DNA of 64,000 nucleotides from an uncultured Chloroflexia bacterium. GTDB taxonomy: Bacteria > Chloroflexota > Limnocylindria > Limnocylindrales > CSP1-4. The notes under the pieces were generated by a model. The model did not search any database, was not told the DNA's origin, and saw only the letters and a list, made by a program, of their open reading frames with translations. Positions 8,848 through 17,641 of the stretch are shown here, piece by piece. A program made the position numbers and the translations under genes. Location of the stretch: positions 64,001 through 128,000 of the forward strand of contig CAVQJC010000006.1 of NCBI GenBank assembly GCA_963712745.1. The letters run 5' to 3'. Positions within the stretch are counted from its first letter, which is position 1; every line of letters starts with the position of its first letter.

Positions 8848-11304
8848 ATGAGGTTCGGACGTTTCGATGACGAGCGGCGGGAGTACGTCATCGAGCGGCC
8901 CGATACGCCGCTGCCCTGGATCAACTACCTCGGCAGCGACGACTACCTGGGGCTCATCTCCAACACCGCCGGCGGCTACTCGTTCTATCGCGATGCGCGC
9001 CTGCGACGCCTCACGCGCTACCGCTACAACAACGCCCCCCTCGATGTCGGCGGCCGCTACATCTACGTCCGCGACGATGACAGCGGCGATTACTGGAGCC
9101 CCTCGTGGCAGCCGGTCGGCCGCGAGGTCGAGGGCTACGAGTGCCGCCACGGTCTGGGCTACACGGTCATCGGGTCCCGAAACGCCGACATCCACACTGA
9201 GACCACCTACTTCGTGCCCCTCGGGCAGACGCTCGAGGTCTGGCGCACTCGCATCACCAACGAGCGCCCCGAGCCCGCCCGGCTCTCGCTCTTCAGCGCG
9301 GTCGAGTGGTGCCTCTGGGACGCGCAGGACGACGCCACCAACTTCCAGCGCAACTACTCGATCGGCGAGGTGGAGGTCGAGGACGAGGTCATCTACCACA
9401 AGACCGAGTACCGCGAACGCCGCGACCACTTCGCCTGGTTCGCCTGCTCCGAGCCGCTGGCCGGTTTCGACACCCAGCGCGACGACTTCCTGGGCCCCTA
9501 CCGTGGCTGGAACAGGCCGCTCGCCGTGGAAGAAGGTCGAGCTCGCGACTCCGTGGCCCACGGCTGGCAGCCGGTCGGCTCGCATCACGTGCGCCTGGAG
9601 TTGGCTCCAGGCGGGACACGCGAGGTCATCTTCACGCTCGGCTACGCAGAGAACCCCGCCCACGCCAAGTTCGACCCGCCTGGCTCACAGACCATCGCCA
9701 AGTCCGGCGTGCGCCCGCTCATCGAGCGCTACCGAGAGCCCGCCCAGGTCGAACTGGCGCTCGAGGAGCTCACCGCCCACTGGGACGAGCTGCTGGGCGC
9801 GTTCCAGGTCAGCACACCCAACGAGCACCTGGACCGCATGGTCAACACCTGGAACGCCTACCAGTGCATGGTCACGTTCAACCTCAGCCGCTCAGCCTCG
9901 ATGTTCGAGTCGGGCATCGGCCGAGGGATGGGCTTCCGCGACTCCAACCAGGATCTGCTCGGCTTCGTGCACATGGTCCCCGATCGTGCCCGGGAACGCA
10001 TCCTCGATATCAGCGCCACGCAGCTGCCCAGCGGCGGCGCCTATCACCAGTACCAGCCGCTGACCAAGCGCGGCAACGATGCGGTCGGCTCCGGCTTCAA
10101 CGACGATCCCGCCTGGCTCGTGCTGGGCGCCGGCGCCTACCTTCGTGAGACCGGCGACACCTCGATCCTCGACGAGCTGGTGCCCTATGACAACGAACCG
10201 GGCACCGAGACGCCGCTGTACGAGCACCTCGTGCGGGCCATCGAGTACACCCTCGACCGACTTGGCCCACACGGGCTCCCGCTCATCGGCCGGGCCGACT
10301 GGAACGACTGCCTGAACCTCAACTGCTTCAGCCAGACTCCCGGCGAGTCCTTCCAGACGACCGAGAACCGAGAGGGAGGCGTGGCCGAGTCGGTCTTCAT
10401 CGCCGCGCTTTTCATCTTCGCCGCCGCAGAGATGCGCCAGATCGCCGCGCTCCGGCACGACGGGATCTTCGGCCGGCGCTGTGCCGAGGCTGGGGCCGCC
10501 ATGAACGAGGCCATCGACGCGCACGGCTGGGACGGCGCCTGGTTCCGCCGGGCCTACGACTTCTTCGGTCATGTCGTCGGCTCGGCCGAGAACGAGGAGG
10601 GCCGCATCTTCATCGAGCCACAGGGCATGGCCGTCATGGCCGGGGTCGGCCTCGAGGATGGTCGGGCGCAGACCGCGTTGGCCTCCGTCCGCGAGCATTT
10701 GGCCACACCCCACGGCATCGTGCTGCTGCAGCCGGCGTTCAGCCGGTACCAGCTCGAGCTGGGCGAGATCTCGACCTACCCACCCGGGTACAAGGAGAAC
10801 GCTGGCATCTTCTGTCATACCAACCCCTGGCTGATGCTGGCCGAGGCGAAGGTCGGCAACGGCGACGGCGCGCTCGACTACTACCTGCGCATCAACCCTT
10901 CGGCGCGCGAGGGCATCTCGGAGATCCACCGCTGCGAGCCGTACGTCTACGCCCAGATGATCGCGGGGGTGGATGCGCCCACCCACGGCGAGGCCAAGAA
11001 CTCATGGCTGACCGGTACCGCCGCGTGGAACTTCGTGGCTGCCACCGAGGGCATCCTCGGCATCCGCGCCGAGCACGATGGGCTGCGCGTGGATCCGGTC
11101 CTGGCAGCTGACTGGTCGGGCTTCACGGTGAGCCGGCGCTTCCGGGGAACGACCTACCGCATCACCGTCGAGAAGGAGCCCGGCCGGACGGGCCGCGTGG
11201 GCTCGCTGGTGGTGGACGGTCAAGCGGTCCCAGGCAACATCATCCCGGCGCCGTCGGAGCCGGGCGGCATCGTCGAGGTCAGCGCCCTGATCGAGGGCAA
11301 CTGA
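8848..11304 (+). CDS. GH94 glycoside phosphorylase, cellobiose phosphorylase-like
   Basis: TPLPWINYLG, GRGMGFRDSNQD, ADWNDCL (catalytic Asp), KENAGIFCH, SWLTGTA. Confidence 0.93.
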   Translation: MRFGRFDDERREYVIERPDTPLPWINYLGSDDYLGLISNTAGGYSFYRDARLRRLTRYRYNNAPLDVGGRYIYVRDDDSGDYWSPSWQPVGREVEGYECRHGLGYTVIGSRNADIHTETTYFVPLGQTLEVWRTRITNERPEPARLSLFSAVEWCLWDAQDDATNFQRNYSIGEVEVEDEVIYHKTEYRERRDHFAWFACSEPLAGFDTQRDDFLGPYRGWNRPLAVEEGRARDSVAHGWQPVGSHHVRLELAPGGTREVIFTLGYAENPAHAKFDPPGSQTIAKSGVRPLIERYREPAQVELALEELTAHWDELLGAFQVSTPNEHLDRMVNTWNAYQCMVTFNLSRSASMFESGIGRGMGFRDSNQDLLGFVHMVPDRARERILDISATQLPSGGAYHQYQPLTKRGNDAVGSGFNDDPAWLVLGAGAYLRETGDTSILDELVPYDNEPGTETPLYEHLVRAIEYTLDRLGPHGLPLIGRADWNDCLNLNCFSQTPGESFQTTENREGGVAESVFIAALFIFAAAEMRQIAALRHDGIFGRRCAEAGAAMNEAIDAHGWDGAWFRRAYDFFGHVVGSAENEEGRIFIEPQGMAVMAGVGLEDGRAQTALASVREHLATPHGIVLLQPAFSRYQLELGEISTYPPGYKENAGIFCHTNPWLMLAEAKVGNGDGALDYYLRINPSAREGISEIHRCEPYVYAQMIAGVDAPTHGEAKNSWLTGTAAWNFVAATEGILGIRAEHDGLRVDPVLAADWSGFTVSRRFRGTTYRITVEKEPGRTGRVGSLVVDGQAVPGNIIPAPSEPGGIVEVSALIEGN

Positions 11305-11407
11305 GCCTTCTCGGGTCGGCATGTCGTGCTGAAGCCGGGTCGCAGCACGGTGGTCGCCAAGCAGGCGCATCATCAGGGCCGGCCACTCACGTCAGGAGGA
11401 CCATCGC

Positions 11408-11788
11408 ATGGGACATCCACTGGTCGGCGTCTGGTCGGTTGAGATCTCCTGGGCCGACCGGCCACACCTCGAACACGCGACGCATACGTACCATCCCGAG
11501 GGGTCGATGGCCATCGCGGCGTCGACCTACGCGGCCCATGGCGCCTGGACCGTGACCGGGGAACGGAGCGCTGAGGTGGCGGCGCTCATGCCGATCCCGC
11601 CCGGCGGGGGGTTGAGCGGCTGGCTCGACATGCACGCCAACGTCCAGGTCTCAGACGATGGCAACGCCTTCCGCATGGACGCCGTTGTGGCGCGGCCCAC
11701 GCCGAGCGGTGTCCCATCTGAACGCCAGGCCACGATCTCGGGTAGACGCTTCGCGGTCGGCGCCAAGGCCTGGACGGCCTCCGGCTGA
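11408..11788 (+). CDS. Hypothetical protein, lipocalin-like beta-barrel
   Basis: AGGAGG RBS; N-terminal LVGVW motif and alternating beta pattern. Confidence 0.6.
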   Translation: MGHPLVGVWSVEISWADRPHLEHATHTYHPEGSMAIAASTYAAHGAWTVTGERSAEVAALMPIPPGGGLSGWLDMHANVQVSDDGNAFRMDAVVARPTPSGVPSERQATISGRRFAVGAKAWTASG

Positions 11789-11899
11789 TGGACAGCCGGG
11801 CGCGCCGCGCAGTTGCCTCGCGCTACCATCGACGAGCAGCTGACGAGCGCAGAAGCGCCGCGCTGAGCATCACCGGCAGCGAGACATGAGGAGAACGCA

Positions 11900-12430
11900 A
11901 TGGGCCTGCACGTAGTAGTCGCCAAGTACAAGGACGTCCTGGGAGCGCGCGATGCCATCGCCGCCATCAAGAAGGCAGGCATCAAGCTCGCCGATCAGGC
12001 GTACGTGCTCAACAACGGCGACGGTAAGCTGGAGTTCAAGGAAGGCAAGGACGCTGGCGGAGGCAAGGGCTTCGTCTACGGCGCGTCGACGGTCGCGGTG
12101 GCCGGTATGCTCCTGGGCCCGGTCGGCTGGGGCGCACTCGCAGCCGGGGGCATCGTCGGCGGCCTCGTTTCCAAGGTCCACGATGCGGGCATCCCCAGCG
12201 CGGACATCGAGAAGCTGGGCAACTCGCTCGCTCCGGGCCAGGCCGCCGCCATCGCGGTGGCCAACGATGGTGACGAGGACAGGGTCCAGGAGATCCTCTT
12301 CAACAACGGCGGCGAGGTCGTGCGCGTGAGCGTGACCGATAGCTTGAAGACCGCCCTCGAGGACGAGGCCCCGGCTGGCGTCACCGTCGCCGAGGACGGT
12401 AGCACTGCGGAGGCCGATCCGGCTTCCTGA
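11900..12430 (+). CDS. DUF1269-like glycine-rich membrane protein
   Basis: GAGGAG RBS; Gly-zipper hairpin followed by DAGI...LGNSLAPGQAA. Confidence 0.75.
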   Translation: MGLHVVVAKYKDVLGARDAIAAIKKAGIKLADQAYVLNNGDGKLEFKEGKDAGGGKGFVYGASTVAVAGMLLGPVGWGALAAGGIVGGLVSKVHDAGIPSADIEKLGNSLAPGQAAAIAVANDGDEDRVQEILFNNGGEVVRVSVTDSLKTALEDEAPAGVTVAEDGSTAEADPAS

Positions 12431-12449
12431 CCACCGGGACGGCGATCTG

Positions 12450-12485
12450 GCCCGCCTTTCGACGAGCAGGAAGGCGGGCTTCTTC
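12450..12485 (+). terminator. Intrinsic terminator
   Basis: GCCCGCCTT / AAGGCGGGC stem followed by TTCTTC. Confidence 0.6.
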
Positions 12486-12580
12486 GTATGGGCGGCCGGT
12501 GGGCGTGTCCTGCCGAGCGGCTACCATCACCTGACCGCCCACCAACGGCGTTCCACAGGCGACCACAGAAGGGGGCTCGA

Positions 12581-13192
12581 GTGTCACAGAACCAGGGCTG
12601 GGGCCAGCAGCCGTACGGCGGGCAGCCACAGGGCCAGCAGCAGCCGCCGCCGCCACAGCCGGGTCAGCAACCTCCGCAATGGGGCGCTCCGCCCCCGCCG
12701 TCCAGCCAACCAGGCTGGGGGTCCAAGTACTGTCCCTCGTGTGGCTCGACCATCGATGCCCGCGCGGTCGATTGCCCGCGCTGCGGCGTCCGACAACCCG
12801 ACGCGGTGTACCAGGAACCCAAGAGCCGGCCCCTCGCCATCGTGCTGGCGCTCCTGCTCGGCGGCTTCGGCATCCACCGCTTCTACGTTGGCCCCGTCGT
12901 GTGGGGCGTCATCTACCTCATCTTCTTCTGGACCGGCATCCCCGGCTTCATCGCCTGGCTGGAAGCCCTCTACTGGCTCACGCGAAACGACGTGGAGTGG
13001 GCCCAGAAGTACGGCGGGCCGGTGCAGAAGTCGAACGGCGTGGCCATCGGCTGCCTCTGGATCGTGGCGCTGCTGCCGTTCATCCTGATCGTGCTGGCCC
13101 TGGCCAGCATCTTCGGGCTCATCGCCGTGTCGGGCGAGATCTCGGAAATCCTCTCGGAGATCGAGCGAAGCATCGCCACGCCTGCTCCGTAG
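12581..13192 (+). CDS. TM2-domain membrane protein with Pro/Gln-rich N-terminus and zinc ribbon
   Basis: CPSCG...CPRCG; KSRPLAIVLALLLGGFGIHRFYVG; GTG start at 12581. Confidence 0.85.
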   Translation: MSQNQGWGQQPYGGQPQGQQQPPPPQPGQQPPQWGAPPPPSSQPGWGSKYCPSCGSTIDARAVDCPRCGVRQPDAVYQEPKSRPLAIVLALLLGGFGIHRFYVGPVVWGVIYLIFFWTGIPGFIAWLEALYWLTRNDVEWAQKYGGPVQKSNGVAIGCLWIVALLPFILIVLALASIFGLIAVSGEISEILSEIERSIATPAP

Positions 13193-13331
13193 CGCCAGAT
13201 CGGAGCCGGCAAGACGCGCAAGCTCGGCAGGGGCGGCAACCCGGGCGTCGCTCCGAAACGGTGTCGCATCACTGGATGCGCGTCAAGCGCTCCGGGGACT
13301 CGCCGACTACCATGCAGAAGGTCGCCACAGG

Positions 13332-13762
13332 GTGGCAGACTACTTCCCTGACCCCCGGCCTCCAGGACTCGCGGCCGAACCGTCGCCACCGCCGCCGTCG
13401 TGGGCGGCACGATGGGAGCCGTCCAGCACCACCAGCAGAAGGGGTGGGCCGGCCAGGAGCAGGCCGCCGCCCAGCAGCAGCAGGATCAGTACGCCCAGCA
13501 GCAGGCAGCCTGCGACGCGGGTCAGCAGGATCTGCAGGCGCAGCAGCAAGCGCAGCAGATGGCCGAGATGCAGCAGCAGCTCGAGCAGATGCAGGCTCAG
13601 CAGGCAGCCGCCGCTACGGCCGCACCCGCGGCACAGGCCGCCGCCCCCGCTGGGACCAGCGACGACATGATGGCCCAGCTCAACCAGCTGGCTCAGCTGC
13701 ACGCCTCGGGCGTGCTCAGCGACGAGGAGTTCGCCGCCGCCAAGGCCAAGCTCCTGGGCTGA
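13332..13762 (+). CDS. SHOCT-domain protein with probable frameshift near 13375
   Basis: C-terminal LNQLAQLHASGVLSDEEFAAAKAKLL; N-terminal PGLA / RTVATAAVVGG split across frames. Confidence 0.75.
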
Positions 13763-13783
13763 TCACTGCATCGCGAGAACCGG

Positions 13784-13817
13784 AGCGGGGGTCGTTCAAC
13801 GGCCCCCGCTTCTCTGT
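13784..13817 (+). terminator. Intrinsic terminator
   Basis: AGCGGGGGTCG-ttcaa-CGGCCCCCGCT followed by TCTCTGT. Confidence 0.65.
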
Positions 13818-13948
13818 GTCCCGACGAGATCAGGCTGGTTCGGCAGGGTCGCTCCCTCGGCGGTCGCGGGCACGTGGTCGCCGGTCGGCTTGGTGCTTGA
13901 TCGATGAGCGTGAGCCGGCGGAGCACGTCCTCGGGATCGAAGTCCCGG

Positions 13949-15223
13949 TCATGACGGCGGCAGCGCCTCGAAACCGCCCTGACGCCACGCATCCAGCCAC
14001 ACCCGGCCCTCAGCCAGAGCCCCCAGAACGTCGGCTACTTCGCTGGGATCCAGGCCGTCGGGCCATCCGGCCTGCAGCAGGTCGGCGTCGGAGCCGGACT
14101 CGCGCTCCGACACGCGCAGGACATCCAGGCCGGCGGCCACCCCCATGGCGGAGCGGGGTGTGGGCACGCCCTCGGCCAGGCCCAGGCGGATGAGCCCTAC
14201 CAGGCGGTCCTCCCAGCCCAGCTTGCGGCGAGGATCGCGCCCGGCGCGCTCGACCGTGTCAGCCAGATAGGGGTTGACCATGCGCTCGAGCAGGTCGTCG
14301 GCGAAAGCCCTGAACCCGGACTCGGTGAACAGCTCGTCGGCATCGGCCCAGCGTCGTCGCAGGGCTACCCCGGACTCCGCCAGGAAAGCGGTCCGCAGGA
14401 AGTCCATGGCACCGCTGACTTCGCGCAGGTCCGCCACCAGCGCCAGGCCCAGATGCCAGCCGAGGAACGCAGCCAGCGCATGCGTAGCGTTGTGCCCCAG
14501 CAGTTTGGCGTCCTCGAAGGGCGCCAGGTCGTCGACCTCGCGCAGCACGGGTATGCCCGGATGCAGCCCGCCGCCGGCCCGCGAGACGAGGATGCGGTCG
14601 AACTCCTCCACGAGGAATGCGGCCGGCAGGGTGCTGGTGATGCTGGCCAGGTGGTGCTGGGCAAGCTCGGCCTGGTCAGTGATGACGCCGCTCATCTTGC
14701 CGATGACGGTGTCCACGTAGCTGGCGCGGGCCCGGACCGCCTTGCGCTCGGCGGCCGGCACGGCCTCCAGGACGGCTTCCTCAAGCAGGGCCGCGGCACT
14801 TCGGTGGTTCTCGGCACAGAAGACGATGAGCGGTTGCGGCAGCTCCCGGCGGCGAAGGGCCTCGGCCAGCATTCGATGAGGGCTGTTGGCCGCGTCGGTC
14901 TGGTAGAAGCGGACGCTCGGCAGCGCGGAGGCGAGCTCATCGGCCCCCGCGATAGCCTCGACCACTTGGGCCCTCTCCTTCTCTACCGACGAGTCGGCCA
15001 CGCTGACGGGCCCGAGCTCGACCACCTCGACCCGGTCTGCGCGGGCGATGTTGAGCCGGAAGCGACCGCCATCCGCGCGCAGCCCGGCCACGAGGTCGGC
15101 CCGCACGTCGACCACCAGTGGAGGTGCGTAGAGGCCGCTCCGCGAAGCCTCGAAGGCGAAGAGTCCCGACCCGATGGCGCCGAAGCCGAGGCCAACGAGC
15201 CTGCGCGAGCCGCCGAAGGCCAC
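13949..15223 (-). CDS. Mannitol-1-phosphate 5-dehydrogenase-like polyol-phosphate dehydrogenase
   Basis: GFGAIGSG, CAEN, DTVIGKM, KLLGHNATHA, DTVERAGRDPRRKLGWEDRLVG. Confidence 0.8.
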   Translation of the reverse strand: MAFGGSRRLVGLGFGAIGSGLFAFEASRSGLYAPPLVVDVRADLVAGLRADGGRFRLNIARADRVEVVELGPVSVADSSVEKERAQVVEAIAGADELASALPSVRFYQTDAANSPHRMLAEALRRRELPQPLIVFCAENHRSAAALLEEAVLEAVPAAERKAVRARASYVDTVIGKMSGVITDQAELAQHHLASITSTLPAAFLVEEFDRILVSRAGGGLHPGIPVLREVDDLAPFEDAKLLGHNATHALAAFLGWHLGLALVADLREVSGAMDFLRTAFLAESGVALRRRWADADELFTESGFRAFADDLLERMVNPYLADTVERAGRDPRRKLGWEDRLVGLIRLGLAEGVPTPRSAMGVAAGLDVLRVSERESGSDADLLQAGWPDGLDPSEVADVLGALAEGRVWLDAWRQGGFEALPPS

Positions 15224-15226
15224 CGT

Positions 15227-16528
15227 CTAGCCGTCCGCCAGGTAGCGCTGCTCGTCCTGTGCCGACCAGCGAACAACGTTCGCGATGGCCTCCGAGCGAC
15301 GATGCGGGTAGACGATGGCCTTGCCCTGGACACGTCCCTCGCGCGCCATGCCTAGCAGCTCTGGAGCGTGCTCCAGGTCGCCGACGTGGCCGATGTGGGC
15401 AGCGGCATCGATCTCGGCGGCGGCCATCAGCCGCAGCGTCTCGATGATGTCCCAGGGGCCGCCCCCTGACGAGCCGGTGATGTTGATCTCCTGGTAGTGC
15501 ACGAAGCGCTCATCGATGCCGATAGTCTCCTTGCCCGGCGGCAGCCCGGCAAAGAGGTCGAGGACGCCATAGCGCGCGACGAGGTGCTGGACCGATTCCA
15601 TCAGCGGCCCGTCGGCGGCGGTGACGATGACGTCGTCGGCCCCGACACCGCCGCTGGCCTCGGCCACGGCGGCGGCCAGGTCGCCGGTGCGCGCGTTGAC
15701 CGTCACCAGCTCGACGCCCGCCGCCGCAGCTCGCTCGCCAAACGTGTCGTGCAGCCACTGCAGCCGCTCCGGCCGGCGGGCGGAGGCCACGATGACCCGC
15801 GGCCGGGCGGCGATGGCCAGATCGACGTGGATGCGACCCATGGGCCCTGCCCCGATGACGACTGTGACTCCGCCTGGCTTGAGCCCGGTCATGGCTGTAC
15901 GCGCCTGCCTGCGGTCCGGCTGCGAGAGGTGCATGTGGTGGGCGTGTGAGCTGATGATGCAGCTGATGGGCTCGGCGATGGCGGCGTGGCCGGCCGGCAG
16001 CGAGTCGTCGGGAAGCGGTAGGAGGCAGCCCGCCGCGAGGATCTCCTCGCCGATGAGGATGTACTCCGCGAGCAGGCCCGGCAGCGAGTAGCCGACCGCG
16101 ATCTTGGCCACGCCGCGCCCCTCGTCCTGGTATCGCTCGAGGTGGTTGATAGGCGCGATGTCCACGGCCGGTTGGACGGCGCAGCGCTGGCCCACGGCCC
16201 AGGCTCCGGTCAGGTCCGCACCTACCTCCACGAGCGTGACCACACCCTCATCGCCGACGATGGCCGGGTAGCGTGCTGGATCCCAGCCGTGCATCAGCGG
16301 ATGCTCTGCCCCCTGGTCGATAAGCTTGTTGACCGAGGTGCAGATGCCCGCAGCATCGACCCGAGCCAGGAGCTGTCCGGGACCCGGACGCGGCACCGGC
16401 ACGGAGCGGATGGCCAGCTGGCCCACCCCGCGCCCGGAGAGCACGGCGGCCCGCATCTCTCGCGGGACCGGTCCCCTCTCGCCTGCTTGCACGCTCACGC
16501 GGGAGGCTCGAGCCCGGCCAGGCGCCAC
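15227..16528 (-). CDS. MDR alcohol dehydrogenase, L-sorbose-1-phosphate reductase-like
   Basis: GICTS, GDE in place of GHE, EPISC, GAGPMG, GSSGG; start uncertain. Confidence 0.8.
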   Translation of the reverse strand: MAPGRARASRVSVQAGERGPVPREMRAAVLSGRGVGQLAIRSVPVPRPGPGQLLARVDAAGICTSVNKLIDQGAEHPLMHGWDPARYPAIVGDEGVVTLVEVGADLTGAWAVGQRCAVQPAVDIAPINHLERYQDEGRGVAKIAVGYSLPGLLAEYILIGEEILAAGCLLPLPDDSLPAGHAAIAEPISCIISSHAHHMHLSQPDRRQARTAMTGLKPGGVTVVIGAGPMGRIHVDLAIAARPRVIVASARRPERLQWLHDTFGERAAAAGVELVTVNARTGDLAAAVAEASGGVGADDVIVTAADGPLMESVQHLVARYGVLDLFAGLPPGKETIGIDERFVHYQEINITGSSGGGPWDIIETLRLMAAAEIDAAAHIGHVGDLEHAPELLGMAREGRVQGKAIVYPHRRSEAIANVVRWSAQDEQRYLADG

Positions 16529-17430
16529 GCATCGGCGGGGTCCGTGGGACCGGAGAACGTGCCGATCGTGGTCGTGGCCAGTGCGCCAAGAGCCGTGCCC
16601 AACCGGGCGGCTTCCTCTGCGCTCAGCCCATGGACAAGCCCGGTGAGCACCCCACCAGTGAAGGAATCACCGGCCCCGGTGGTGTCGATGGTGCCCACCT
16701 TGAAGGCTGGGATGTGGCCGGTGAAGTCGTCGTGGTTCACCCATGCCCCGCGGGGGCCGTCGGTGACGATGGCGAAGCGCACACCCAGCTCACGCAGAGC
16801 GGCAGCGGCTGCGACCGGGTCGGAGAGGCCGGTGATGCCCGCGACCTCGGCCAGGCTGGGGATGAACAGGTCCGTGTAGCGCAGCGCCGGTATCACCCGC
16901 TCCCACCGGCCGGTCGAGTCGTGGACGACATCGAGGCTGGTATGGATGCCCTTGGCCTTGGTGCGCTCGAAGAGGCCGGCCAGGGGTTCGCCGTCAGGAT
17001 CGTCGAGGCCCGGCAGCACCAGTGCGCCGCCGACGTGGAGGAAGTCGCTGACCAGTCGCGATTCGATGGCTTCGGCGGTGATCGAGCCGTCCGCGCCGAG
17101 GTTGTGGAGCATCGTGCGCTCGCCGTCCTGGTCCACCGCCACCAGCGAGGTCGAGGTGGGCAGGTCCGACTCGATGAACTCGACATGAAGATGCGGCGCC
17201 GGCACGGTCGCTCGGAAGGAGCGGCCGAAGATGTCGTCACCGACCGGGATGATGAGCCGCGTCTCGATGCCCATGCCCGCGAGCACCCGGCCCGTACGCA
17301 GCGCCGGCCCGCCCTCCGCCGTCGAGAACTTGTCGACCAGGCCCAGCACCCCGATGGGCAGCGGTCCAGCCGCCTTGGCCAGCACGTCGAAGACGGCGCT
17401 GCCCGCACAGGTGATCTGTATCTGGCTCAT
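16495..17430 (-). CDS. PfkB/ribokinase-family carbohydrate kinase
   Basis: VGDDIFG, DGERT, DTTGAGDSF; TATCAT box 6 nt before ATG 17430. Confidence 0.9.
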   Translation of the reverse strand: MSQIQITCAGSAVFDVLAKAAGPLPIGVLGLVDKFSTAEGGPALRTGRVLAGMGIETRLIIPVGDDIFGRSFRATVPAPHLHVEFIESDLPTSTSLVAVDQDGERTMLHNLGADGSITAEAIESRLVSDFLHVGGALVLPGLDDPDGEPLAGLFERTKAKGIHTSLDVVHDSTGRWERVIPALRYTDLFIPSLAEVAGITGLSDPVAAAAALRELGVRFAIVTDGPRGAWVNHDDFTGHIPAFKVGTIDTTGAGDSFTGGVLTGLVHGLSAEEAARLGTALGALATTTIGTFSGPTDPADAWRLAGLEPPA

Positions 17431-17641
17431 CGCTCGATGATAGGTCCCCGAGGCCCACGACCGCGCGGATGGTCCGGCCGGGGCCGAGCAAAACGGCATC
17501 GGCGCGACTAGGACTGATGGGCTACTCCCATCCGCACCCCACCGCACTCAACATGAGCGATGTTCGACTGCCGCACCGGAGCGTTTCTGAGCTGATCTCC
17601 ATGTTCGCCCCTCGACACGCGACACATCCGGGTCCTCGGGT

